Below, one piece after another: positions 1 through 13,936 of a stretch of DNA of 64,000 nucleotides. The stretch comes from Chrysomallon squamiferum (lineage: Eukaryota; Animalia; Mollusca), in assembly GCA_012295275.1 (NCBI GenBank), contig CM022671.1:18414001-18478000 (forward strand), in the 5' to 3' direction. The notes below the pieces were generated by a model that was not told the origin of the DNA, did not search any database, and saw only the letters and a list, made by a program, of their open reading frames with translations. The first letter of the stretch is position 1, and each line of letters begins with the position of its first letter. The translations under genes and the position numbers were made by a program.

Positions 1-1583
1 GTAAGAACTATTAAAAAAAAAAATTTCTCTTCTTTTTACTTATTTTCAAAATACTTTTCCACACCTTAATTTTATTTAGTACCATCTTATACAAGAAGCC
101 TGTATTGGTGGATGCCATGCCCATTAACAATATATCAGAATTAAAATCACAGACGCTGTATTTTACAACATTTAAGCACCACCCATGTATTCATTTGTCA
201 TGCGAAACACCGTGTGAAAACACACATCAGTGATTAGGCTCTTCAGAACACTTTCTCCTTTGTGAAAAAAAAGCTTACCTAACAAAAGTAGGAGAGCAAT
301 TTCCCAATCTCCTTGTTGTTTTTTTTTTTTTTTTTTTTCACAGTAAGAAAATGACAAGACTCTGTATTCCAGCTTAAACATGGATTGTTATATGATGTTA
401 TAATTTTAACATTTTTTGTAAAAGACCAGTCACATAAATATTGAATCAAGCCCTGACTGTAATAAGAAGATGGATTTTACATCCATATCGGTTCATATCT
501 TTTCTCTCTGTTGCTGCTGCTAGATAAACCTCAAGATATTTATCTTTGCCATTTTTTTGGACAGTTAACTGAACTGATGCTTCTGAAGCATTTTTATTTG
601 CGCATTAAAAAAATCTTATAACTGTTTCTGCTTATATTTGTTTTGGCTAAAGGTGATAGGGACTCTGTTTATGCAGAAATGTGGAGAGATTATAGAGATT
701 CTGCAGGGGATTTTTTTTTTCTCTCCTTTGTTTTTAATGCTGTTGAAAAATGCCATAATATGAGACATGTCAGAGACTTAAGAAAAAAAAAACTCAAAAA
801 ACAAAAAACAATCTTTGGTGTAAACCAGATGTTTTAATCATATACTGTTTTTGCCCATTCCACCATTAGTGCTCCTTAATTCATTTATCAACTGTTGTGC
901 TAATGTACCTTATTTCGACTGTTTATGGAAAGGTGCTTAGAAAATATCCCTCGTTGCTAATCGATAAAAATAGCACATATGGATTAGAGGCAGAGCGTTT
1001 TCTTTCTCATATCGTTATTACATAAGCAAATGTGTAATTAAAACCTAATAGCATGTTGCTATTAAAGTGAGTCATGGTATTGTTAAACATTCATTTCATG
1101 TGCCTATAAATGCAGTTGATGCAGACAGCTGTGTGCGCGTGCATGTTCTTGATCTTTCAGAGCAAAATAAACAAGTCAGCCATAAAGAACATTCTCCAAA
1201 GACTTCTCAGTTAATATTTGTTGTCTTAAGATTTTTGTTTTTGTTTTTTTGTTTATATGTGTGTGTTAGGAATGCGAAGCATAATTTTTTTTTTAAATAA
1301 CATGAATGAGTGAGAAAGAATGACACGAAGAAAGAATGAATGAAGTGAAGAAAGATGGAAAGAAAAAAGGAATTTTCGTGTTCAAAAATAAATCGTAGGA
1401 ATGAAGAAAATTGAAAATAAAGTTTATGTTAAAATGGTTTTGAATTGCTTATGCTCATGCATACCATATCAAATACTGGAAAACAAATCAATATCTTTTA
1501 AAAGAAACAAAATTTTCATAGATAGAATTTATATATACACATTATTGTGTGTATGTCATCTATCCATGTACACACACACATAT

Positions 1584-1587
<4 letters not shown>

Positions 1588-1644
<57 letters not shown>
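1588..1644. repeat. (GA)n microsatellite
   Basis: Perfect GA run. It explains the poly-ER ORF at 1549-1737. Confidence 0.97.
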
Positions 1645-1646
<2 letters not shown>

Positions 1647-1665
1647 CAAGAGTGAGTTTGATCTG

Positions 1666-1746
1666 TTAACCCCATTAACTCCTGAAATTCAACCGCAGCT
1701 CTCTGTATTTAAGAAACTCGAGAATCATTGGCAGTGATGGGGTTAA
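1666..1746. mobile_element. Very short piggyBac-like non-autonomous element (MITE-like) with TTAA flanks
   Basis: TTAA-CCCCAT...ATGGGG-TTAA forms a 10-bp perfect terminal inverted repeat (including TTAA) that extends imperfectly. A TTAA target site with CCC/GGG ends is the piggyBac signature. Confidence 0.55.
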
Positions 1747-3060
1747 TGATTAATAATTTAGCAGAAGGATTATTGGCAGAACCATTCATTATATCCCTAT
1801 TTAGCTTTTAGATTGAATATCATCACGCTTTCATCCTAATGCATTTAGTTTTAATTTCTCTGACTCGACTGCTAAGTTTGCCCAGATGAAAAAAACAACC
1901 ACAAAGCTGTGAGGATGGGCAAACACTTGATAATAACAAAAGTGTGTGTAGTTATTGTATATTCTGGTTTCAGTGAACAGTCTTAACAACAACAACAACA
2001 GTTACAGCAATAATAATAATAATATTAATAATAATATAATAATAATACTTAATGGCAGTAGCAACACCAATATTAATAATAATAATATTCAATAACAACA
2101 GTAATAATAAAAGCAACAGCAGCAGCAACAACATCAAAAATAATCATAGCAACAATAAAACGTGCATAAAACAAAACTCATCTATATGTAATAGTGGTGT
2201 AATCTAAATGTTTTATTATTATTTATTTATTTTTATTATTTACATACTGCAACCATAAAGCAGTTACTGAGTTATTCAAGCATGTGCCTGTGTGGTCACA
2301 TCTTTTTTGCTTTCTCCATAAAACTGTATTCAGATAGATACAAGAGTTATTATACATGACATTTTCACTGGATCAAAAAGGTGTCAAGTGTGGTATTTTT
2401 GAGCCTATATTGCTCTTCTGCGATATCTACTTAACTAGAGAGTCTACTGAAGTTGTGACATAATTAATGGTGTTGGCAACAAACATTAACCTTAGTGTTG
2501 TGTTAATTACAAATCTGATATGGTGTTAATGAGATATTATTGTAATTTAGATGTTGAAATGTGTGTGTGTGAGTTTAGATAGAAAGTCCTTATGAACCTA
2601 GCAGTTTTTCATACTTCAGATTCAAATGTGTTGTTTATTTTTGTTGTTGTTTTCTTCATGAAAGCATATTTCTGTGAGTTTTTTTGTTGTTGTTATAAAC
2701 ATTAGAGCTTCATTTACATCTTTTGCCACTTTAAAATTTGTCACGATGTGTGCATTTGCCAAAAAATATTAGAATTGTATTCAGGTGCGAATGAAATATT
2801 TATATGCACATTCAACACAAAGTGTGATTCAGGTGTGTGTTTCCCCCCTCCAGACAGTAGAGCACAATTCAGGTGTGAATGTGTGAGCATGCATGGCTTT
2901 ACTCTGGAGGTTACCAACCAGAACCAATCTTGTCAGACTGACAATGCCGCGCCACTGACTGCGGCAGCTGTCAGAGCCTGTGATCTGCTGTGTTTCAAAT
3001 GGCTGCTTGGATTTCACTCACTTGCTGCGGCATGCAGGAATGCCTCTGAAGCCTGAGGTG

Positions 3061-3430
3061 ATCAACCCTTTCTTGTGATGTGTCTTTGCCCCCACCCGCT
3101 GTTGTGATGGGTGACTGGAGATCCCTTTTGTTGTGATGTGTGACTAAACATCCCATTTTTATTGTGATGTGTGACTAAACATCATTTTATTGTGATGTGT
3201 GACTAAACATCATTTTGTTGTGATGTGTGACTAAACATCATTTTGTTGTGATGTGTGACTAAACATCATTTTGTTGTGATGTGTGACTAAACATCATTTT
3301 GTTCTGATGGCTGATTGGACATGTCTTTGTTGTGATGTGCTACTGTTTTTTTTGTGAAGTAGGATTAAACATCCATTTCTTGTCACAGGTACCTGAATAT
3401 CCCATTGTTGTTATGTATGAATGCAAACAT
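3061..3430. repeat. 28-bp minisatellite (atcattttgttgtgatgtgtgactaaac), near-perfect core at about 3121-3300 with diverged flanks
   Basis: Units start at 3181, 3209, 3237 and 3265, with degenerate copies on both sides. Confidence 0.93.
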
Positions 3431-4269
3431 CCACTGCTGGTAGATGTTGTTGTTATATCTTTCTGTTGCTGGTCTTTGTATAAAAACTAGTCCAAGGTTT
3501 TTGGAGGTAAAAGGGAGATGAATGGCATTTTTTAAAATCATCTAATCTGTCATTGTTTGGTTCTTATTTTATTATTATGTTTTCATATAGTTTGTGGATT
3601 AATCCAAGTTACTATTGAATAAACATATATTCTTATTTGGGGTTTTTTTTTTTTGTTGTTGTTCTTGTTGTAATTTTTTATTTATTTACTATTTTTTTCT
3701 TTCAATTCTTTTTTCTTTTTTTCAAATTTATTTTTATCTTGTATGTATCATGTTTTAAAATTGTGATATAAAGATTACTGTATCAGTGTTAATGTTCTTT
3801 AAGGCTTTTAAAAATTAAAAAGAAAGGTTAAAAAGCATGAACAAAAAATATAACATAATTTGGATATAATATATGACAAACAAGAAAAAATGGGCATACC
3901 AAAAATACAAAAAAAAACATAAATAAATAAATAAATAAATAAACAAATAGAAATTCAAACAGTAGCAGACAGAACAACAAAAACAACTAGTAGATTAAGC
4001 TGAGAGAAAAGATAAAGTTAAACTAGGTGTGTGGGTGGGTGAGACATTTGAAACATCTGAACTGAAGAATACGTTGCTGTAAACACTGACTGAACAATTA
4101 TGTCTGTGTGTACAGGTAATGAATGGCTCTTTAATGGCATCTAACGTTGCAGCTTGTTATTAATCATCCATTGTTTTGTATTATTCATTGCAGTGAGTTG
4201 GTAACTGTTTAGAGCTAAAGTGCATATAAATCAGTAATGCAGACTTGAGGTCTAATACATTCACAGGTG

Positions 4270-4710
4270 TTGAAAATTCAAACTGTAGATTTAAAGACTC
4301 CATACAGATAATTCAAACTGTAGACATCAACTCTGTATGGAGTTGATCATTCCAGCTGTTAATTATTCAGACAATAGATTTATAGCCCAAATAAAACTAT
4401 GTGAGTCAGCAATTCAAAATGTTGTTCATCATTCAAACTGTACGTTTCAAGGCATTATAAAAATCACAGGAATTTAGTAACTTTATAAAAATAAGCAGTT
4501 AACAGTGAAATCATGTCTCAAACTGAATCTTAAAATCATCACAGTCAGGTAAGATGATGACTCCTAGAGAGGCATTCTGAAATACATATAACTTTGTGAG
4601 TTAATAACTCAGAAAGTCTGTAGAACATATAAGAACACAAGTCAAACTGTAGATGTAAAATATCAGTATAACCACATTAAGGACATCATTCAAATTGTAG
4701 ATTTAAAGTG
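4270..4710. repeat. Decayed array with recurring attcaaactgtagat motif
   Basis: The motif recurs near 4277, 4311, 4431, 4643 and 4688. Confidence 0.6.
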
Positions 4711-5812
4711 TCCATATACCCATGTGAACTCAAAAAAAGGCAAATTAAATCTTTGTCTCTTGTTTTTCCTTCCTGTCTATCACAAGTCAGTGTGTTGTTT
4801 GTTATTATGAATTATAAAACTTCAGTGGAATATATTGCATAAAAAGATCTTATTCCTTATTGGTTTTACTTGTTCACTGATTTATGGCAAGCCGGTTATT
4901 GGAACCGCTAAACAATCTGGTATCATTACTGAGCGAGACCACAATGCCGGAGAAGATTGGATGTAATAAAATATACTGGCAAGAATTAAATATGTTTGGT
5001 TCTGTTCAAAAATAGAAGGATAATTCTAAATTAATGCAATGAATAAGCTGGTGCAGTTCAGGCCTGTGATTGCTGTTATTAATTTCCTTGTGCTTATTCA
5101 TTTATTTATTGTTTTGTTTTTAATTATATTTTATTATTTATTTGGGGTATTAATGTAAAATAAATTTATTTTTATTTATTATTATTTATTGTTATTCATT
5201 TTTATATTTATAGACTCAATACATATATGTGTGTGTGTGTGTGTCTGTATACAAACATACAAACACGTATAAACATATTATAATTATATATTAACACAGT
5301 CTAACTATAAGGATTTGTTGCCAGAACCTGGTACCTAAGAGCTCGTGTTTAACCACTAGTTCTTAACAAGCTTGCTCACACTGTTTTTAATTTAACAGTG
5401 TGAACAACACTGGATGATATGTCACGCTGGGTCTCACTGCTGACATCACTGTGATTATCATTTTGCTGAAGCCAGTTACTTTTCATGCAGGTGTCAAAAC
5501 TTTAACTTCCACAACAGAACCACATCTGTAACCTTGGCTTGTTGATTATGTTACCATTCTCGTGTGAGCTCTTCCTACATACTCAACCATTTGTTTATCA
5601 AAGAATAACATCATTATCAACACCCATTTGTCTCACTTTGCCCATCTACCCAGCCATCACTTTCCTGTGCCACCCAAATCTGGCAATTCTATCAAAACCC
5701 ACCACTAATACCATTACCCACCTCCACCAGTCCCAACATGATCCACCTCTATAGGTGACATCTCTGGTGCCAAAAACCCACAATACCCACAACTATTGCC
5801 AGTACCCATCTA

Positions 5813-5877
5813 TACTGCCAGCACCAGCTAAAACCCTCCTTTACTGCCAGCACCAGCTAAAACCCTCCTTTACTGCC
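5813..5877. repeat. 29-bp tandem duplication (tactgccagcaccagctaaaaccctcctt x2.2) in a C-rich stretch
   Basis: Exact copies start at 5813 and 5842. Confidence 0.9.
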
Positions 5878-5919
5878 TACCACTCACCAGTCCTGTTAGT
5901 ATCCACCAGTCCTGCCAAA

Positions 5920-6300
5920 CACCCGCCCAGCCTAGACTCGAGGGCTGGGAAAGTTGTTTGTGCTCACAACTGGTTGTTTCTTTCAAGCGCTCGGGCTTTG
6001 TTCGTCTGTTTGAATTGCAGCATAATGCCAGCCTCTGTGCTCAAACAAGTTTCTCTGTAGACTGCGGTCGTCTGGGCAATTCATTCTTTCAGCACACAAA
6101 AGGACACGAATTTTCCAATAATGCATTCGATACGATTGCACAGACGCAGGTAGCACGGGCAGTGGAATTCGGGACGCGCCTGGCAATATGCAGGTGAGAT
6201 CTGTGCTTTTTACCTGGGGAATGAATGGGCAGCGCATACTGACACAAAAACAATTTGGAAGTTTGTCAACTGTTCTTCGCCTGTACTGTTAAGAGCTTTG
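5920..6300. promoter_or_regulatory. CpG-retaining high-complexity island, candidate intronic cis-regulatory element
   Basis: About 16 CpG in about 320 bp by hand count, against a CpG-poor background. Confidence 0.45.
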
Positions 6301-9169
6301 TGTTTGTTTGACTGCTGATAACGATTAAAAATGTTAATGTTACAAATTGCTGTTTAATTGGTACGACTGACAAAGGGGTAAAAACCTACATAAACAGACT
6401 GCTGATAGCGTACAGAGAAAGGCCCGGGTCTGTGTTAATTGTGTTTTATGGCTACCAACTTTTTGCACTGTCATTTTCACTATGTATTTATTGTTGTTAT
6501 TATTAATATATGTTTGGCATAAATAAAATTATCAATTGTCAGTTTTACTATATTACATTTTGAAGACACTTAATTTTTTTATACTTGACATAAACTGGTC
6601 ACTTACCTCATATAATTTTATCTGTGGTCTTCCTTTTTTCATTCTTTCTTTTCTTTTCTTTTCTTTCCTTTATATTCTTTTTCTTTTTCTTTTTACCATA
6701 TCTTTGATCTGTGTTTGTGTTTAACTAGGACTTACCCTTGATTGTAACTTGCTCTTACTGAAACATGATCTTATACTTGATATAAACTGGATTTACGCTT
6801 GATTATAACTTGGTCTTGATATGGCATGATCTTACACATGATCTAGTTATCACTTGTATTAAGAATATTTATGAACCTCAAAGGCAGTTACAATATTTTT
6901 ACTGCATCAAAAGATTCTGCTGGTAACATTTTCATGCCAAACAGTGGATTATGAGGTGCACTGTGAGTTGAAACATTTCACAAATGTGTAAAGAAATTGA
7001 GGAAATGTTCATTTTCCGGCAGTCAACACAACTGAAGGGCAGGGAATGGGTCTGGTAATGTTGCTAAACTGCCACATGTTGTCAGACACTTGTAAGCTGT
7101 TGGACAGCATCTGAGCTGTTCACTGCAGGCACAGTCTTTGCTTCAACTCCGCCAGCATGGACCCATTTTATGTTCTCTGACAAAACAGCATATTTGTTGG
7201 GTGTTTTTTTCCCACATATACTTCTGGAATTTATTAGTTTATATGGGCAACTGCTTCCCATCAGGTGGCTTTCTTCTTCAGCTTTTTTTTTTTTCTTTTT
7301 TTTTCTTTATCTTCCTTTTTTCCAATTTTGTGCTTGGTTGTTTACAACTTTGGATGTTATTCAGATTTTTGTTGCTTTTTTTTAATTCTTTTTTTATTGT
7401 TTCATTTTTTTTTTGTGGTTTTTTGTGTGAACTGTTAAAATGATTGATTGTATACAATTTAAACAAATGATTAGGTGATTATAGACAATCAAAATGAATA
7501 AATCAGTGATTAAAAACAATTGTAATGTATGTGGTAATGATTATAAATATTTTTAAATGAATGACAAAAGAAATGCTGATACAGTGAGAATAAAAACATA
7601 TTTTGTTCCACAGTAAAGATGGCTATTTTTGAAACAAAGAAATTTGTTGATGTTTTACTAAAGTGTTAAGATATTGTAAAAGTAAGAAAAGGAGTAATAA
7701 TTCAATGCAGTACAATACAGTACAGTAAAATCAATATAATACAAATGATACAATACAAATACTTTATTGTAATCAACACAGAAAGGTTCTTATTCTTATT
7801 AGAAGCTTTCATCTGTCCCAGTAACTGGACACTTTTTACTTGCTAGGATTAGCATCGAGTTATGTTTTACATCTCCAACAGATTCTTTTTTATGTCGGAA
7901 AAAACAAGTAAGAAAAAATTCAAGAACACATTTTTTTTTTTTTAAAGTAAAAGAAAAGGAAATAGTGTTATGATCAGTTTGTTTTAAAAATGTGTAAAAG
8001 TAATACCCCCCCACAAAAAAAACATTCAAAAGAAAGAGAAAAAGTTAGTACATAATAATTATAATAATAATAACAATAACAACAATGATAATAATGATAT
8101 AATGAGACTAAATAAAAGTTAAGGAAGTTCAATGCACTCAGAAGTTTTTGAACAGTTATTGGTTTTCATGTGAATTGTAGTCAAGTTTGATGAAAAGATA
8201 AGTCTGTGTGACAAGATAATACATCCATTACAACATCTTGTGAGAATTCCCATCCATTTCGTCTGCGGTGATACAGTAACTCATATTTGCCTTTATTTCA
8301 CCATTCTATTTGCGTCAATTTGAAGAGGCAAGCAAACATTGATGAAAGTTGTAGGCAAACAAATTCTGATCGCTGCCAATAAACCACATCTGATATTATC
8401 CATCTTTTTTTTTCTTCTTCGTTTTGTTCAAAATCTTTCTGAAAAGATTTCACAATTCTTTGTGTTGTCTTTTTTTTTGTTAAACCTTCCTTTTCAAAAG
8501 ATGTTAGGATTCTTGATGGAACTTGTTCAGAAATTGTCAGCAATCATCTCATCTACCTTTATAGTTTGTGTTTGTGTATGTGTCTGTGTGTCTCTGTGTG
8601 TATGTGTATGTGTCACTGTATCTGTGTATCTGTGTCTGTGTGTATTTGTGTATTTGTGTGTGTGGAACTCAGTAATTCAGTATTTTGCTGTTTTATTGTT
8701 AACCCTGTTTTGTCTGCCAGTATTGATTGATTTGAATACAGAAAAAGTATTTCATCAAATTCAATAAAGTTAATATGAGACTAAAACTAGTCTAATGTAA
8801 GAAAATATTGGATAACCAGAGGCAACAAAAAACATCTTATTGTTAAATATTTTATTATTATTATTTTGTTTTTATGATGATTATGACTGATGATAATGAT
8901 TACAGTGATGGTGAACATGATGATTATTATTATTATTATTAATTGTAATATTAGTACAATTTTAGTAAATTATAATTATAAATCATAAGCTGTACACTGC
9001 AATGTTTAAAGTTATTTAAACATAAATTAAATAGTGACTACAATAATTGACAAAGTATTACGCATGGTTAAAATAAAATGTAAACATTATTTAATGGCTA
9101 ACCAATTTATTTAATAAATAGAGTGAAATAATCATTTAATTTTAAAAAAAAATAATTGTTTCAGGATTT

Positions 9170-9620
9170 AATACAGTGTATTAAATAATGTTTATAGTAA
9201 GTGCAGTGCACTAAAGATTATTTATATAATAAGTACAATGTATTAAAACTTATTTATATAGTAAATACAGTTTATATATTGTTTATACAGTAAGAAAACT
9301 ATTTTTAAAAATATTTATATAGTAAATATTGATACAACATATTCAAGATTTTATTTTTATAGTACATACAATGTGTTATAGGTTATTTATACTTGTATAT
9401 CAAGTACAATATATTAAAATGTATTAAAGATTATTTATAATTACAGTAAGAACAATGTATCAAAAAATATATAATACTGGTACAACATACTAAAACCTTT
9501 TTTTTTTTAATAGTAAATACAATCTGTAAAAGAATATTTATAATTATTATAAGAGCAATGTTTTTAAAACTGATACAGTACATATAATGTATTAAAAAAT
9601 TTGTTTTAAAGATGATATAA
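9170..9620. repeat. Decayed AT-rich array (atttatatagtaaatacaatgtattaaa-like)
   Basis: Recurring tttata(t)agta and aatgtattaaa elements. Confidence 0.65.
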
Positions 9621-10039
9621 ACAAAAAATTGACAATTACACACAGGAGTATGCTAGGCTTTATTACACATCAGGATTTAATTACATATCAATATACAGGA
9701 TTCACATTCTCATTAACGGATTTGAATTCACACTTCTGTATTAAAATTGATGGTAATTAATGTTTTACATGTCTTTAAATTAACATCCAATTTACATGCG
9801 ATTTTCAGCTGGGTTTATATTAAAAATTTAATAAGCAGAGAGAGAGCCTACTGTTTTCCTCTATCGATTTCCATGTAACCTTGATGATACTACTTAATAT
9901 ACAACATTTATTAGACCAAGTAAGATAAGTTATATAGCATACAACAATACTGTTATTTTATGGTGTAATAATGCTTGGTATTTTAGAGTCTGTAATAAAC
10001 TCCTGGTGTTTTTTTTTTTATAAATAAGAAGGAAAAAAT

Positions 10040-10729
10040 CTGGGTAACTGGGTAAAGGAAAAACCGTCTACTCCATGTATATTATTATTATCAGGAGAAA
10101 TGTCTGATAAGGAAAAACTGTCCAGTGTGGATTAGTTGTATGAAGAAAAGTGTGTCTAATGTCAGTATGGCATTATTAGGAGAGAATGTCTAATTTGCAT
10201 ATCTTGTAAAGAAAATATAATATGGCTTTTTATTACTATAACCTAATATTAGGAAAAAAAATTTAATACAGGTATAGTGTTATGAATATTGTTCAGAATG
10301 GTAAAGAATAATCAGAACTGTATAATTTGGATATAGTGGTATTAGGAAAAATTGATATGGATATGTTCTTAGGAGAATCTGTCTAATATGGGTATATTAT
10401 TATAATAATCTAATACAGTAAAACATTAAGAGACACTCTCTATGGCTATGTTGTTATTAGGAGACAACATGTAATAGGGAATAAATAACTATAACAGGGA
10501 GAAAAGTCTAATCTGGTTATATTTTTTTTATTAGGAGAGACCATCTAATATGGTGTATTATAAGGTAAACTGCTACTCTGGTTGTATTTTTCACTAGGAC
10601 AGTCTGTCTGGTATGGGTGTGTTGTTGTTACCAGTTTTCACTAGGACAGTCTGTCTGGTATGGGTGTGTTGTTGTTACCAGTTTTCACTAGGACAGTCTG
10701 TCTAGTATGGGTGTGTTGTTGTTACCAGT
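10040..10729. repeat. Decayed array (ttattaggaga...tctaatatgg) ending in three near-perfect 47-bp copies at 10588-10729
   Basis: tcactaggacagtctgtct... occurs at 10591, 10638 and 10685, with related older units upstream. Confidence 0.88.
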
Positions 10730-11556
10730 GTACCTTCCCACCCAGTAGGGTTATTCATTTATGCATAAACCTTGTTCTCATTAATCACAGTAGAATCAGC
10801 TACAGGTGCAAATTAAACATGGAATAAAAATTTAAATATTTATGCATACTGCACCTTATTCACTTTTTATATTGATTCGCGTGGATTTCAAAGATAGTGG
10901 ATGTCAGGATTTAATCTTAATGTTGGATGTAACTTGTTAAACAGCAGAGAAATGCAGAAACATAGAAAAGGGATTTAGCTTGAGCTGACTTACTAATATG
11001 CTAACATACTAACCTACCCCAAAGAATTAGTGAATTTAATAATTATTAAATGGTTGTGGTAAAAACCATATAACAAAGAGAAACTGAAATCATTTCAAGT
11101 TGTATAGACAGTGTGATTTAGTGATTAGGAATCACATACCTACCTGACATGCAGTGAATTACAGGATCTATTCTCCCTGCTTACGTCAGAAGATTTTTTT
11201 TCTTTCAGCTGATGTTCTAATTTAAAAGCTATGACTTCTTTTCATGCTTTTCTGTTTATGGGAAAGTAAAATAAAATCAATTTTTGCTGCTAACAAATAA
11301 GAGTAACTCGAGAAAAAGTTTAAATGGATTTATTTATATCAGCAACCTTAAGAAACAAATTATATTTAACATCTGATTATTTTCATTAATATAAAATATA
11401 CTGAGATAAACAAATTTTAATTCATACTTTAAGATAAATGAAATGTTTTCACTTTCTGACTGTTTATTGAATGGGAGATCTGTGTGTATATATATATATT
11501 TAATTATAAACATGTGAATTTAAAACATTTCTAATTTGTTGTTTTTGTTCTTTCAG

Positions 11557-11649
11557 ATGATCACACGTACAAAGAAAATCTTTGTTGGTGGCTTATCAGC
11601 GTCAACAACCATCGAAGATGTAAAAAAATACTTTCAACAGTTTGGAGCT
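11557..11649 (+). CDS. MSI: Musashi-family RNA-binding protein, internal coding exon (start of RRM2 including RNP2 IFVGGL), 93 bp, phase 0/0
   Basis: Manual translation gives [31 protein letters not shown], close to vertebrate MSI2 [31 protein letters not shown] (recalled, not searched). The acceptor is gtttttgttctttcag ending at 11556 and the donor is gtgagt at 11650. Confidence 0.96.
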
Positions 11650-13865
11650 GTGAGTACCACTCATTTATTATTATTTAGCATGTCAGTTAATAATTAGAAA
11701 CAAAAACAACAGCCATACATAAAGGTAGCGATAGATATACATAAATATACAGAAAGAAACACTCTACTCAGATACATACCTGGCAGTTAAGATGGCCAAT
11801 ATATTCAGTGACAGATATGCAGAAACAAATAATGAAATATATATATATATATATACACACACAAATATACACACATACATATACATATGAATACACATAC
11901 ATAGCTGATAGCAGTATGAGTTAAGACTAGTACATATTCTGTTTGCCTTGGTGAGGAAGGTTCAGATTAATTTAAGTAAATTAATAAATAAATACCTGAT
12001 AAAAACAGACATACTGCCTAGTACAGACTGGGTCAGAGCTTCAACTCACTATCTGTCATGTTTCCATTTCCTCCATGGCTTCACTGACAAACGACGGATA
12101 AAAAATAAATATTCCTTTAGTCTGTGAACCACAGCATACTTACAATGATGGCCATACCAATTCCTCCATTGTGTTTCATAAACAAATATCACAACATTTT
12201 TTTAAAAGATTTTTTTTTCAATGATTGGAATTCAGTTTTTAGAAGACTGCAGATTACTGTTATGTGTTACAGCATACCACTGGATGTAATTAATGTCAGA
12301 CATTTTTAAGTTAGATGCCAGCTTTAATTTGTTTGTTTTTTCTCTCTCTCTTTCCTTTTTTTTGTTTTTTTTAAACTCCAGAGCAATGCCCTTCCTCAGC
12401 ATGGTATTTGATTGTTTCCATTTTTAAACATGCATTTTCTCTAGTGTTTCAAAATACGTAAGAGAAAGATATTGATTTGTAAGTAAAAATAACACATCAA
12501 TATCATCAACAGCAGTTTGTAATATTTAAATTAAAATTGATTTATATGGGGAGTCACTTGGTATGTTGTGGGTCTGTATGTCTGTCAGGCTGTGTGTGTG
12601 TGTGAGTTACTAGGCTACAAATGTACTCATCTGATATGAACCACACACTTCACTTTTCTTAACGCTAGATTAAAGTACAGAGAAATAGGGTAATAATAGA
12701 TGTGTATTGGTATGCGGTATAAATTGATATGTTATGAGTACATATACAATAAATTTGATATTTAACAGCAGTGACTAATCAATAGACCAGTGGATTTTCT
12801 TGATAATTTTATCAACATATTCCAGCAGTTTGATGTTAACACACACAGACACACACAGAAACACACACACACACACAGATACACACACATACACACACTG
12901 TGGAACTTGATTTACCAGAGCTGGCCTGCAACATTACCCTGCGTTGACCACACTAACATAATGTTCATCTTTAAACACACACATCCCTGGAGAATTGAGT
13001 GCCTTCATCTTGGCCCAGGTTCCATTAAAAAAACTGCACAATTTAACAACAGTTGTCATTATTGATCAAGACATGTAATTTAGTCTTGTTGAGTTTACTT
13101 GGAGGTCTAATCAGGCTGAGGTGACTGGAAACCAAGGTGATCAGAAACAATATAGTCCAAAGTGTTTTTCTTCATTCACTTAGTAAACCCTGCCTTCATT
13201 ATTAAAACTGGTAATTTGTGAGAAATCTCTTTTAATAATAATAATAATAGTAATAATAATAATAATAATAATAATATCTAATAATCACGTTATGTCATTC
13301 TGAATGTATACTTCTTAAATATATAACATGAATGCTACAACTAAACATATTTATAATGATTAATAAATAATATTTTAAAAAACTGATATATATTATAACA
13401 CTAAAGATATATCTTTAATATTAATAAAAACATTAAAACAAATAAAAATAAAAAATAAATAAAAACTATATTACAATACGATATCAGTCATCTGATAAAA
13501 GGTAGCTCAAAGCCCCATTACCACTCAAGGACATACTTACTTTTATTAATGGATAAAAATTGAAATATTGATTTTCATTTTATGTTGTTTTATTTTTTTT
13601 ATTAATATGGTGTTTTATTTTAATCAAAGTAAAAATGTCACAAACAAAATAATAATAATAATAAAATAAATATAAAACAAATAATAATTTAAAAAAAATG
13701 AAATAAATAATAAAAACAAAAAAGAAGAAATTAAAAATAATAATCATATTTATATATATATATAAATAAATGAAATTAAAAATTAGTAGTAGTAGTAGTA
13801 ATAGTAAAAGAAAAAAACTTTGAAATTATTTATTCCAAAGCAGTTATATCAAAGTAGATGATTGT

Positions 13866-13868
<3 letters not shown>

Positions 13869-13933
<65 letters not shown>
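13869..13933. repeat. (TC)n microsatellite
   Basis: Perfect run. Confidence 0.97.

Positions 13934-13936
<3 letters not shown>

Larger units (their letters stand above)
1..11556 (+). other. MSI: Musashi intron upstream of the first visible exon
   Basis: Ends in a strong acceptor at 11556. The expected preceding exon (IDPKVAFPRR...K-like) was not found. The window begins GTAAGA, so position 1 may be the donor itself (inference). Confidence 0.75.

Noticed and set aside
3121-3300. CRISPR-like appearance of the 28-bp, 36-bp and 47-bp repeats
   Set aside because: The units are head-to-tail without unique spacers, the context is a eukaryotic intron, and there are no cas genes.
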